Assembly: GCF_018350175.1 (NCBI RefSeq)
Contig: NC_058386.1
Location: 89,838,001-89,902,000 of the forward strand
Length of the DNA: 64,000 nt
Source of the DNA: Felis catus
Lineage: Eukaryota
Direction of reading: 5' to 3'
This document shows positions 13,016-24,689 of the stretch, one piece after another. Made by a program: the position numbers and the translations under genes. The notes under the pieces are model-generated. The model searched no databases. It was not told the DNA's origin and saw only the letters and a program-made list of their open reading frames with translations. Within the stretch, counting starts at the first letter, position 1, and the number at the start of each line of letters is the position of its first letter.

Positions 13016-13685
13016 AGGGGGAACACGGAGAACTCCCACCCACATTTTTCTGCTTCTGAACAAAATTTTCTTTCAACAATATATCTTTCCAGTCTAGATA
13101 TTGCTTAGTAGCATTCTTCTGGCCATTTCTGGTCACTACTTGGTGTAGTTGGACAGTTTTTCATATGAGAGCTGCCTCTCTGGAACTCCTCTGTCTCATC
13201 CCAGAGTGCATCATGTTCTATGAAAGCCTGAAGCATGGAACATGGTGCTTTGCATTGAATAGGTGCTCTGTGGAGAGTTGCTGGTTTATTGATTGGTAGG
13301 ATTATGAAGAAGTCATTGTATAACCTTCCTTGTAAACTTGTGTGTGTTAAAATGTGCTTATTGTTTAGAGACGAACGTGTCTGGTACCTTTAAGGAGTTC
13401 CAGCATTGCAATGATTTGGCAGAGCAAGCTGCTTGGTGTGGATAGGCTGGCTTAAAGGATAATCTCTACATATTTCATGCAAAGCTTTTTATCCCAAATG
13501 GAATAGATTGAAAGAGGGAATGAGTGATTTGTTTGCCAGAGGAACCATCTTTTGCTCTAAAGGAGGGACATGGAAGGGACTATTAGGTAGGCACCTTACT
13601 GGATCGTGGCTGTTTTCTGAGTGATAAGAGGAAAAAGGAAATGACAGATGTAGGGAAAGTGGTTTAAAGCCTTGCCATAGAAGAT

Positions 13686-13878
13686 CAGTGATTCTCAAAT
13701 CGGAGGGGACATCAGGATCTTCTGGAGCACTTGGTAAAGCACAGATGGTGGCACCCTGCCCCAGAGTTTCTGATTCAGTAGGCCTGAAATGAGTGGGGCC
13801 CAAGAATTTGCATTTCTGGCAAGTTCCCCGGTGGCACCCATGCCATTGATCCAGGGATCACATTTCAAGAACCATTGC
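13686..13878. mobile_element. MER5A
   Basis: cagtgattctcaaa...ccagagtttctgattcagtagg...aagaatttgcatttct...agaaccattg. Confidence 0.85.
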
Positions 13879-14009
13879 CTTAGGTTAACAAGGTAGTTGT
13901 CTCCAGAGAGTAGTTAGAGAGATCTGAGCAAATGTTAGCAACCAGAAGAAAAAGGACCATAGGGAAAGCATGAACTGGCCAGGAAACCAGAAGGTCTGGA
14001 TTCTAGTAC

Positions 14010-14400
14010 CAGTGGTATTTTCTTAAGCAGTGTCCAAAGCATAGTAAGTAGTTTAATTCACATGTTCCTGATTTATTTTATTAGTGTTTTCCAAATGACA
14101 CACTATAGAACCCTACAAGATGTTAATAGGCATTCTTAATAGGATCTGTAGTTAGTAGGATCCATAGTCTAATAAGGCTGGGAAACTTTGAGTTACATAA
14201 AATTGAATAGAGCTCTTTATTGCAACTCTTCCCAGAGCCTTTAACATGCTAACATGCACTGCAAATCTCCAAGGGCAGATAGATTATGCAGCATTTCTCA
14301 GACTTCGTTGACTAAGGATCCTTTATGAATGTCTGGCTAGTTTTCTGTAGAATATGGCTTGGGAAATATTTGTTGGTTGACTTCCAAGCGCCAGAACATT
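14010..14400. mobile_element. hAT-Charlie element (Charlie4z-like)
   Basis: cagagcctttaacatgctaacatgcactgcaaatctccaag. Confidence 0.55.
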
Positions 14401-14584
14401 TTATCAATAGGTGAGGCTGCTTATGATAATGGAAGTAGCCCTGGACAGGGAGTCGAAAGGTCTGGGATTTTGTCCTCTTTCTGCCATTTTGTTCTGCCAC
14501 AAGTTGACTTCTTGCTCCCATGAAGATGGGTGTGACTGAAATTTATTATTCTTTTGCAAATGTTGGCAGCCAGTAATCCCAGCC

Positions 14585-14586
<2 letters not shown>

Positions 14587-14622
<36 letters not shown>
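14587..14622. repeat. (CA)n microsatellite
   Basis: Direct reading. Confidence 0.95.
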
Positions 14623-14625
<3 letters not shown>

Positions 14626-15194
14626 TTTTTTTAATCTGGAATTTACCATGCCCTTAAGAGTATTCAATCTTCAAAGCCAGAAGGGTGAGAAGCCCAATGC
14701 TGAGAGTTTGATAGGAAGGAGGAAAAGAAGAAAGGAAGGGAGGGAGGGACAGTCAAGTCATTGCAGAACACGATTCCTACTGGAATGATCAGGCTGAGAG
14801 TCATAGATACATCCTGTGTTTATTTGAATCCCGGCCCTCAGAAAAAAGTTTTGTTTCACCAAGGACACGGAGTCAGCTTGTTTGTTTACCACAAAGCATT
14901 GGGAGTGTGTCCGTCCCCCATTTAATCACTAGTGTTGGTTTTTTTCCCCCACTTGAACAAAATACAAATGACCCAATAGAGAAACATTGCAAATTGTATG
15001 TGGCAGGACGCTGCAGCAAATTCACACTGATACATAGTTGAAATACATCCCCATGTTAAACAGTCACTTAAAAAGAAGCTGATGGGGTTTCAGATTAAAT
15101 TAACAGTTGCTAAATTTCTACAAGGTCCCTAAATATATGCAACACAAGGTCCCTAATAGATCTGTGTGAAAGTCTCTTTAAAACTACAAGGGTA

Positions 15195-15391
15195 GGGGTG
15201 CCTGGGTGGCTCAGTCTGTTGAGCATCTGACTCCCGATTTTGGCTTAGGTCGTGATCTGAGGGTTGGGGGATCGAGCCCTGCATGGGGCTCTGAGCTAAG
15301 TATGGAGCCTGCTTAAGATACTCTCTTTCCCTCTCCCTCTGCCCCTCTCCCCTGCTCGTGCTCTCTCTCTCTCTCTAATTAAAATAAATAA

Positions 15392-15425
<34 letters not shown>
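15195..15425 (+). mobile_element. CAN-SINE with (CA)n in its tail
   Basis: Consensus match, (CA)n at about 15394-15425. Confidence 0.9.
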
Positions 15426-15427
<2 letters not shown>

Positions 15428-15799
15428 GTAACTTCAGATTTAAAAAAGTAAAATGTGTAAAGCTTTCTGTCTTTTTTTTAATTTCAAAGTGAAAATAGTA
15501 TTCAATCATGTGGCAAAATACAGATGTTAATACATCTGATTACCTAGTTGACTACATCAGAGAATGACAATGACAACATCAACACTGCTGATGAAGTAGC
15601 TTTTTAATTTTTTATCTTGAAATCAGACCTCCTGCATATCTTGAAGCTAAGTGAATTGAATATGCCCAAAGGGTCTCGGGGGGGGGGGGCTCACTGCCGC
15701 AGAGCCACAAAGCACAGGGCTAGTAGAAATTGCACGTGCTGTCATGCAGCACAACAGAGATGGTTCTGTTGAGTTCTTGGATCATGCCTAGCTCCAGGA

Positions 15800-17048
15800 G
15801 GGGTTGAGCTGTAGTGATTAAATTGGCTGATCGCTCTAGCCCGTCAGCTGATCCGTCCAGTCAACCCTATCAGTGAAGCCAAGAAGGGAAAAATTGGTTT
15901 TTCATCTAGAGTTTGACCACCAGAGCTTTCAAGAAAGAATGTTCCCCAGTGTCCCTTCGAAAACCTTTCCTGCACCCCATTTCCCGTGGTTGTTGAAAGT
16001 TATTTACTCTTGGGCCAGCCTCAGTGGTGAAAAATCAGCCAGTAGCTATTCTCTTCTACCTGTTTTTTGTCCACTGGAACGTGGCTATGCAGAGTAATCT
16101 CAACTTCAAAAGGAGATTGGTTCACTCTCGAGTGGGAAGTGGAAAGAATTGCGATGAAGCGCTTTCTCTTTGCCAATTTACTTCTACGATTTTAAGGTTC
16201 TTTCCATTGATCTGCAGTGTTTCTACTGAGCTTTTCTGGGTTTGCTTTTATATAATGAAATCCCCTTGTTTGGTTTTCCGCACATTCACACTGAGACTGT
16301 GAATGTCCACTCACTCAATTCAGAGCTACAATTGAATAGTGTATTACGAGTACATGTGACTGCCACATGGGTCCTCGACTGCTGAATCCATGGGCAAGTC
16401 ATTGTTTCCCCGACCATCATGCTCAGGGGCACCACATCGGTCCGATGGTGAATATGGATTAATTAGCACTGGTTAGACTAGTTTTCTGATAAGTGGTTTA
16501 ACATTAATGATTTCTCTTCCGTCTTTTGGAAAACCGTAACCATAATCTTTTGCATCATGGTTGCAGCCTTCCCAGACTGCTTTAACGTAGAACATTTGCA
16601 AATTCCTTTGCTCGGGCTACAACTCCATGGCAGTGGCAGAACCATCTTAAGAATGTCTCCTGCCACAATTTTCCCTTTGTCTATGCCTTCCATTTTCAAC
16701 TTCTCGTTGCTTCTATATATCCTCTCATAAAAGAGGCATCCACGTTTTTCAGTGAGAAGCCATTGATATACACAAAGCCATCATATGTGGATGAGAAGCA
16801 TATACTGTCAATCCTTTCTCGCCAAACAGATGTTGGCGAGTGCTACACACACCCGACAGCCTAGTCGTTGAACAATATCACCTCCTCCTTTGTATCCATT
16901 GAGATATTTTGGCATCCTGCAGACATGGCCGTTTTTACCCGTGATTTTTTTAAAGACTGAAAAAAAGTTCGAAAAATATTATGCTTCTCCTCTGATGAAC
17001 AATTATCAATGAACTCTTTGTTCAGAAGAGCAAACGGGTAATGTTTCA
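15800..17048 (-). pseudogene. Decayed long terminal exon: BACK C-terminus plus PHR-like segments (exon C; 3' boundary uncertain)
   Basis: Acceptor GTCTTTTCTAAG|TG. The spliced frame gives (L)KHYPFALLNKEFI..SSEEKHNIF (cf. L.HIRFPLL..EF). In shifted frames: RIDSICFSSTYDGFVYINGFSL (16815-16750), ILKMVLPLPWSCSP and FYVKAVWEG..YGYG..DGREIINVK, recalling BTBD1/2/3/6 PHR motifs. No recognisable TE between about 15.5 and 17.45 kb. Confidence 0.55.
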
Positions 17049-17406
17049 CTTAGAAAAGACCAGTAATACTGAATTAAGATAAAATTCCCATGGGGCTATT
17101 TTTCTTTTTTTACCATTCTCATGAATCACAGATGAGTTTATTATGATCCATGCTAGTAGGAAAGAATGACAAATGAATTCATATTGATTAGACATTTGAA
17201 AGAACATGTCTAAAATGTACCACGTCACATTAAATATCAGGCAATTATTCATCTACCAGCTTTGAGTGTAAGTGGAAAGAAAATGGGTTCCAAAGCCCAA
17301 AACGCAGTGAAAGATTTAAGTGCTCAATTTTCCACCAATTTTTAAGTCTGTGGTTGACTGGAAATGTATATAGTTAGATTATTATGCCTAGGTAGCTGCG
17401 GCTTAC

Positions 17407-17741
17407 AGCAAAATGACTCCGTTAATGTACTAAGTTATTGATTGTTTCAACCCTCGGAGGGACTGGGAGGGACCTGGGGCAGCAAGGGTCTCCGGGCCTT
17501 AAAAATATGAGTTCCTCTGTATCCCATACAATGAAAGCAGCTGGGAAACACTGAGGAGGCGTCAATCAAAATGTTTGATGGTATGAGTTTCCATGAGTGT
17601 GATTGGGCGAGCAGGGGTGGCGGGCTGTGGGTAGATTTGCGAGCATAAGGCTGGAGACACGTAGCACATGGAAGGGCCTGGGCCTTGGCCTCCCCTCTGC
17701 AACTGCTTGACAGGGACATGTGCTGGCAGGGAACTCGCTTC
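17407..17741 (-). pseudogene. Decayed exon encoding a BACK-like domain (exon B)
   Basis: Acceptor TTTTAATCCAG|G and donor GCT|GTAAGC. The 335 nt split as 1+333+1, so one frame spans the exon and is phase-compatible with both neighbours. Translation includes LLAQSHSWKLIPSNILID...THIFKA (BACK-like) and two stops (TGA 17449-17447, TAA 17437-17435). Confidence 0.62.
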
Positions 17742-17967
17742 CTGGATTAAAACCACATTTGCACCATTTGTACATTGCCCTTCTACTGCTGGGCCTGCCT
17801 CCCACCAGAGACCACATCTCCCAGGAAAACAGGGAGGCGGTAGAGAACTTAAGACCATTGGCTGTCAGTCCACTGCCTGGGTTCAAATACTGAGAGCATC
17901 AGTAGTAATAAGCTGGATCATCTTGGGCCAATGAACTGCCCTGGGCCTTACTTTCTTCTCCTATAAA

Positions 17968-18500
17968 TTTATTTTTATTTAAGTTTATGTGTTTTTTTTT
18001 TTTTTGAGAGAGACAGAGACAGCATGAGCGGAGGAGGGAGGGAGGGAGGGAGAGAGAGAGAGAGAGAATCCCAAGCAGGTTCCACACTGTCAGCACAGAG
18101 CACGACGTGGGGCTCGAACTCACGAACCGTGAGATCATGACTTGAGCTAAAATCATGAGTCAGACACTTAAATCACTGAGCCACCCAGGTACCCTACTTT
18201 CCTCTCCTATAAAAGGGGCTAATAACAGTGCTTAAGTCATAAGGAATAAATAAGTAATGGCATGTAAATTGCTTATCCCACAGCCGGACATACAGCAGGT
18301 ACTATTCGGTGTAGACTATTATTAGTGACCAATGACTATGTAGCAGGTGCTTTATCTTCGTCCTTGATCCCCATAACAACCATATAAGGCAGATACTACC
18401 ATTCCTTATTTCCATTTTACAGGTGAGGAGGCCGAAGCTCAGTGAGATAAAGTAACCTGCCCAAGGCCACACCATTAAGAAGAGTAGAAACCTGGCTTTG
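17968..18500. mobile_element. CAN-SINE (17968-18194, minus) and MIR fragments inside intron A-B of the fossil gene
   Basis: Consensus matches. Confidence 0.85.
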
Positions 18501-18545
18501 AGCCCCTCACTCCCTTACTCCTAAGGCCCATTCTCTTTCCACTAC

Positions 18546-19060
18546 CTCTCCCCCATCCATGCCTCTAAAGATTCCTCTGCCTCACTACAAGCAATGGACA
18601 GGTCAAGAACCCCCAACACATCTGCAGTTTCCAGAACATTGTAGAAGATTTTGAAAGGAGCAAACGAAATGACTGGATATCCTCCTCTCATTGTGATTTC
18701 AGAGAAATTACTGAATATCCTCTCAATGTAGTTCTGGAGGCTCTGGGGATTGCATAGGCCCACTGTCTGATGGAACATAATTGATTAGTGCTGTGAATAT
18801 TGACCAATTTGTTTTCTGTCTTACGTCCACTTGTAAATTCATTTTGGCACTCCTTAACTGAGCACAAATGTCTTATTTCGAATTCTCCCTCACACCGGTT
18901 GTGATGTCTCACTGGTCTCCTCACTGATGAATTAAATAAAGCCTTCAACGTGTTTGTTGAAAACAGACTACGGCCAAGTCACACTCCCTTGAGAAGGGGA
19001 ATTCTTCTTCCAGGAATCTCGCATTTCTCTCTCCTCGTCCTCTCCCTTGCCTCCCCTGGC
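18546..19060 (-). pseudogene. Decayed exon encoding a BTB/POZ-like domain (fossil BTB-BACK-PHR-like gene, exon A)
   Basis: Minus-strand translation GRRIPLLKGV*LGRS..LKALFNSSVR..EFEIRHL..FTSG..KLVNIHSTN, then after a frameshift NVLETADVLGVLDLSIACSE. This resembles the BTB consensus G.RIPAHK.VLAARS.YFKAMF...EI.I...YTG...NV..LL.AAD.L.L..L...C. In-frame TGA at 18981-18979. Donor GAG AG|GTAGTG at 18546/18545. Acceptor CTCTCAG|G at 19061/19060 is weak. Confidence 0.65.
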
Positions 19061-19252
19061 CTGAGAGCTGCTTGCCACCAAGATACACTCAGAGACAGCA
19101 CGGAAGCCAAGGGCAAGAATGTTAGTCGGAGGATGGGAAGGCCTGCAGCCCCTTGCAAGGTCTGGTGCCCTTGTTGGACCATGGCGGACGAGCCACCTAA
19201 CCTCTCCAAGCCTTTGTTCCTTTGCTTGCAAAATGGAATCTGTAAACTGTAC

Positions 19253-19500
19253 CACAGTGCTGCCCTGTGACATTTTATTTGGCCTTCAAGGAGAGCAGAC
19301 CATCCCCCTATTCGTCCAGTGTGCATATGCAGGGCTGTATGGGACTCATTCAGCTGGTGCTGGCCTGCCACGTGCTCATACTTCCAGATCCTGAGCTCGT
19401 GGCTGGGGCTTCCGGATCAAGAACAGCACAGGGCCAAAGATCCTGCTCAACCCAAGGGCAACTTCTAGATAACTGTTGGGATCTAGGCAAAGCATTTGAC
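19253..19500 (-). pseudogene. Candidate upstream exon (possibly ankyrin-like remnants)
   Basis: Strong acceptor TCATTCCCTGCCTTCCAG|G. Fragments DPN.. and NESHTALHM..G..ALLEG resemble an ankyrin repeat. Donor is weak (GTG|GTACAG). Confidence 0.3.
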
Positions 19501-20079
19501 CTGGAAGGCAGGGAATGATATGAAGGTTGTTGCAGGGGTACCTTGTGGGAATCAGCCTGAAACCTTTGGTGTGCACTCATATCTGGGTTTCCTTCTTGGG
19601 TCTCCTCTAAAATCCTACGGTGCCCCCAGGCTAGAGGATCTCTACCCCATCCCGGGGCCTCTGTGCTATCCATAGCTTAGTGGGAAGGTGCATTGGATCT
19701 TTTGCTTCAGGTCCCACATTAAAGAGGAGCTCTGCTGCCCGATCATCAGGCTGTGACTCAGAGACACTTGAACTCCTGTCTCCCTGCTTCACCGGAGCAG
19801 AGCCTCGACCCTTTCCTTACCTCTCCCTCGGCAATAGCAGCACACACGTTTGGGAGGGCTTACCTTGTATCTGGCGCTGTGTAAGAACTTTGCATGTGTT
19901 TCCCCAGTAGCCTTCACACGACCATGTTGTCGTAACTTTACAGAAGAGAGAATGGAAGCTTAGAGCATGGAGTGACTTACTCAGGGTCACACTGATAGTA
20001 AGTTGGTGGAACCAGGATTGAAACACAGGTTTAACTTCTGAGGGGCCTCATTTCCCACCTGATTTGATTTGATTTAATA

Positions 20080-20490
20080 TTATTATTTTTTAATGTTTCT
20101 TTTTTTATTTTTGAAAGAAAAAGAGAGAGAGAGACAGGGGAGGGGCAAAGAGAGAGGGAGACATAGAATCCGAAGCAGGCTCCAGGCTCTGAGCTGTCAG
20201 CACCGAGCCTGACGCGAGGCTTAAACTCACCAACCATGAGATCATGACCTGAGCCGAAGTTGGATGCTTAATCGACTGAGCCACCGAAGCGCCCCTATTT
20301 GTTTATTTTTAAACGTTTATTTATTTTTGAGAGAGCACAAGCAGGGGAGGGAGGGGGAGGGGGACAGAGGACCCAAAGCATGCTCTGCGCTGACAGTGGT
20401 GAGCCTGATGTGGGGCTTGAACCCATGAACCGTAAGATCATGACCTGAGCCAAAGTCAGATGCTCAACTGACTGAGCCACCCAGGTGCCC
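20080..20490 (-). mobile_element. Tandem pair of CAN-SINEs
   Basis: Two copies, TSD tcccacctgattt around the pair. Confidence 0.95.
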
Positions 20491-22077
20491 CTCCCACCTG
20501 ATTTTAATTACACAATCCTGTGCAGATTTGAGGGACAGAGATCGGTGAGGGAGGGAGAGGGCAATTCGCATGTGACTCCAGAGTGTCCAATGGAGGCTCT
20601 GGAATCCCCTAGGCATGAGGACTGGGAGAGCCTTTCGAGTTGCTCCGTGTCCTGGAAATAAATGTAGCCCACACTGGATTGCAGTGGTCCTCTCTGCGGA
20701 GGGCTTCGTACTTGCCCAGGCACTGGCTACAGCAGCAGAGGTGGCAAAAAGAGAGCTCCAGTGTCCTTCTAGGCTGGGGTGGCTCCTGCTTCCAGTGGTC
20801 ATGGGAGAATTCATTACAGAGCACTCATGCCTCTCCAGTGGAAAACTGTTTTAGCATGAGCATAGACAGATTCGAAAGAGCACAGACAGGTGAAGTAGAC
20901 ATTTCTCATTTTATTCTGGCCACCTAATAGCTAAATGCCTTTCCTGCATTTAAAAATCTTGACCTGGTCTATTTTGTGGCCCCTTGTGCCCACCAGTGTG
21001 GAGTCAAAACACAGGGTCTGCCATCCAGTATTATTCCATACATATTTGTTGCCTAAATGAATGGGATTGCACCCAAGTCTGACTTGGAAACGTATGGTTT
21101 AAAAAATTTCTTATGAAAAATTTTGCACACACACAAGCAGACTAGTATAATGAGCCCCTATGAACTCATCATCCAGATTCAATAACTATCAAGATTTTCC
21201 ACATTAGCTTTATTTATCTTCCCTTCTCTTTCTCGTTTTTGTTATGCTCTGCCTTAATATAGTTGGGGGAAAAATCCCAGGCATTGTATCATTTACCTCT
21301 ACATTCTTCATCATGCATTTGAAAAAATTAGGGCTATTTTCATACACGATGACAATATTGTCATTGTCATTGATAACCACACTGACAATCATTTCTTTCT
21401 CAGCCCTCACTGGGAAGCATTTCTCAGACATCTGCTCTTGTACCTCCTCCAAGCTAGAATTACAGTTGGACGCGTATTGGGTACTCACAATGTGTCCTTT
21501 TAGGTAACCAGGGGACCAAACTGCCTTCTCCCTGTTTTACAAGGTCACACAGTCAATTAGTGGCAGATGAATGAGACTCCAGCGCTGTGGCTGGGTATAT
21601 ACAGCCCCAAACACAGTTTGCAAGCCAATTAAATGAAGAGATTCCTGTTCTGGGGACAGCCCTGCATGGTTTCTGTTGCTACCGAAGTCGTTGCCACTCA
21701 GCCTCAAGCAAATCCTTGCCCTGGGACAGTTCGTTTATGGCCCATTGGCTTCATGGGATCAGCGGGACCTCTGGGCTTGGACTCCTCCATCTGATTAGGA
21801 TGCAGCCTCCACCTACAGGCAGGCCAGCCACACCCTAGAGTTTTTCTCCTTTTCTTTCCATGTTCCTGGAGCCAACTCAGGGGCCCTCATCTCTCTCCTC
21901 TCTTTCTAGGCTTCGACTTGCTCTCTGCCAAAACAGAAGACTCCTACAACACCCACAGGCCGGGACAGGGCAAACACCAGAAGTGACAAAACTAGTTCTG
22001 CTGCTTTTCTGTTCTTGCTTCCTTCTCCTTCCAGAGGCTTCTTAGGAGCCCAGGCTCTCCCAAGCATTACCTCCATT

Positions 22078-22280
22078 TCTTTTTTCTTTTTTTTTTTTTA
22101 ATTTTTAAAAGTGTTTTATTTATTTTGTGGGGGGGGGAGGGGCAGAGAGAGAGAGGGCGACACAGAATCTGAAGCAGGCTCCACGCTCTGAGTTGTCAGC
22201 CCAGAGCCCGACGTGGGTCTCGACCCACGAACATGAGATCATGACCTGAGCGAAGTCAGACATGAGCCACCCAGGAGCCC
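22078..22280 (-). mobile_element. CAN-SINE
   Basis: Consensus match, TSD acctccatttct. Confidence 0.9.
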
Positions 22281-22429
22281 CAAACCTCCATTTCTAATTC
22301 CCTAGACTTCCACTTCCCTCATCTCCCACTCAGGTTTTCCAGATAGGTCTCTTGGGGCCCTGCATTCCAGAGGGAAAGCTGGCTAGTGGAAAGAAGGAAT
22401 CCTTGCTGTCGGTTAATGCAGGCATTGAT

Positions 22430-22870
22430 TGGTCTGGTCCAGCCGGGACAACAGAAACCACTGAGTGTTTAAGGGAGGAGCAAGCTTCGATGCCAAGTAG
22501 AGGACGGTGAGGCAACCCAGAGATGAGCCATGGCAGGGAGCCCCGACACTGGAACCTAAGGGTTGGGCCACCGGGTGAAACCGGAGCCACAGTAAACCCG
22601 GGTCGGCAGTACTGGAGACACAAGGGAGAGGCAGTCACTGCTCAGGACATCACACGAAGCAGAGAGGGAGGGGAAGAAATACACTGGATTCCCTCTTTCT
22701 CCTGCTTCCCAATGTCCCGCCGATGCCTTCCATTGGCCAAACCCACCAGAACCTGGGAAACAGCCTGCAAGGGTCAACTTGTTCCCCAACCCCACCCCAT
22801 CTCTGTCCCCCTCATGCTGCAATGTAGAGTAAGGAAGGGGAAAAGGAAGGGATGGAATTAGAGGAAAAGA
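22430..22870. mobile_element. Old ERVL-type LTR fragment (LTR33/41-like)
   Basis: tgccttccattggccaaacccaccagaa motif. Confidence 0.45.
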
Positions 22871-22875
22871 GGCCT

Positions 22876-22994
22876 GGGGTGCCTGGGTGGCTCAGTTGGT
22901 TAAGCATCCGACTCTTGACTTTGGCTCAGGTCATGACCTCATGAGTTCGAGCCCTGCATCGGGCTCTGTGCTGACAGAACAGAGCCTGCTTGGG

Positions 22995-23038
<44 letters not shown>

Positions 23039-23133
23039 TCTTCTCTCTCTCTCTCTCTCTCTCTCTGCCCTTCCCCAATCATGCTGTCTCTCTCAAAATG
23101 AATAAACTTAAAAATTTTTTAAAAAAATAAAAT
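22876..23133 (+). mobile_element. CAN-SINE with expanded (CT)n
   Basis: Consensus match. Confidence 0.95.
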
Positions 23134-23275
23134 AGGCCTGCGTTCAGCATGGACCCTGATGGCTGAATATACACTCCTCCTATCTGCCCCCCAGTCCACT
23201 AACTTATTTGGATCTATCAGATCCGGAAGTCTTATTTAGAGTCTACACAGTTCTTATCCAGTTCTCTCATTTCAC

Positions 23276-23538
23276 CTTCCTCGGCACATGCCCCCGCTAC
23301 CGCGCCCCGTACATAGAGTCCAACAAAGATAGGCGGGCCATTTTGCTCTGTGGCAATGTGTGACACATTCATTGGTTCCTATGACTGTGTAAACCCAGCC
23401 TTGTCGCCTGCAGGGCTTCCGCTTGGCAGGGAGGCTCTGAACTGCAGTGTCGTCAGGCAGGTGAACCTGCTGGCCTTGCAGTCCAGAAAGCATACATTTG
23501 TGTTCGACAAGTTCAAATGTGTAGGTGAAGGGAGATGC
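23276..23538 (-). pseudogene. Candidate upstream exon of the same fossil or non-coding transcript
   Basis: Very strong acceptor TGCTTTTCTTTTTCCCCTCCCAG|G, donor AAG|GTGAAA, one frame open throughout, unique sequence between repeats. Protein similarity is ambiguous. Confidence 0.4.
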
Positions 23539-24123
23539 CTGGGAGGGGAAAAAGAAAAGCACCAACCGACACGATTCCCCACACCTTGTCTCATTAGATC
23601 TTCACAGCCCTTCAAGGTAGTTGCCCTGCTGCCCGTTTGTAAAACAGAACCTTTTTAAAATTTTGCATCATTTTTATATTTATGGAACAGCAGCAGACAC
23701 GCTACAGAGGTCGTTCGCATATTAACATCTCACCCAACTATCCGAGGTCCAGTTTTGCAAGGGAAGAAACCGAGGTTCAGAGAGGTTAAGTGACTGGCCC
23801 AAGGTCACAGAGCTAGGACACGACAGAAGAAAGACATAAAACCAGGTTGCTCTTAGGGCATTATACCACCAGATCACATTATGCGTTTCCATCTCGTTAG
23901 GTAGGAGGTCACTCTCTAAATCTGGAACCTGTCACTTCGCCTCATAGGGGGCTTGCAAGCAGGGTCAGGGAGCACTTCTCCACAACCTCAGCATGTTTGC
24001 GCTAGAATGTACATCTAGGGCTATTTAATTCAGGGAAGGAAAATAAGCTTCATTTCGTTTGCCAACTTTAGTTGAGCGGTATAGGCTATTTGGGGCCCAG
24101 CATCAAGAATGATTCTAAACCTA

Positions 24124-24345
24124 GGGCCGCCTGGCTGGCTGAGTTGTTAAGCCTCCGACCTCAGCTCAGGTCATGATCTCACGGTCTGTGAGTTTGAGCC
24201 CCTCATCGGGCTCTGTGCTGACAGCTCGGAGCCTGGAGCCTGCTTCGGATTCTGTGTCTCCCTCTCTCTCTGCCCCTCCCCCGCTCACAGCCTGTGTACG
24301 TGTGTCTCTCTCTCTCAAAAATAAACAACCATTAAAAAAAAAAAG
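24124..24345 (+). mobile_element. CAN-SINE
   Basis: TSD aagaatgattctaa. Confidence 0.95.
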
Positions 24346-24689
24346 AATGATTCTAAGTCTGTATGTTTGCTCATCAGAAAAGAATGACTGATGCCTGTCA
24401 CGGACACTGAGGAGGAGGGTGGTGTAGCCCGCACGACCCATCAGCCGTCCCTCAGCAAATCTCCTCATTTCACAAAGCATCTGAGGTCTAGAGAGGGAAC
24501 AATGTCTTTGCCTCATTAGTGGTACAGCTAAGAACGCAGAGCCAGTCTCCTGACTCACGGTCTGGGGTTCTTTCTGCGTAACAATAGAGTTCGAGTTGCA
24601 ATAGCAGTAACTTCCACTTAATGAGCGTCTGCTTGCTGCCAGGCACTGTTTTAAGCACTTTCTGCGCTCCATATGCCTTTTTGGTGTGT

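Noticed and set aside
16180-17000. Ancient LINE reverse-transcriptase fossil (EGIDKGKIVAG, LSVNVRKTK, LQINGKNL)
   Set aside because: Core RT motifs (YRPISL, DxSKAFD, PQG, YADD) are absent and spacing is wrong. The phase-matched exons with BTB/BACK/PHR order explain the region better, though a Dfam search should confirm.
15800-19060. Intact gene broken only by assembly errors, or assignment to BTBD1/2/3/6
   Set aside because: Several in-frame nonsense codons and frameshifts lie outside homopolymers, and similarity to those conserved proteins is motif-level only, so no gene symbol is given.
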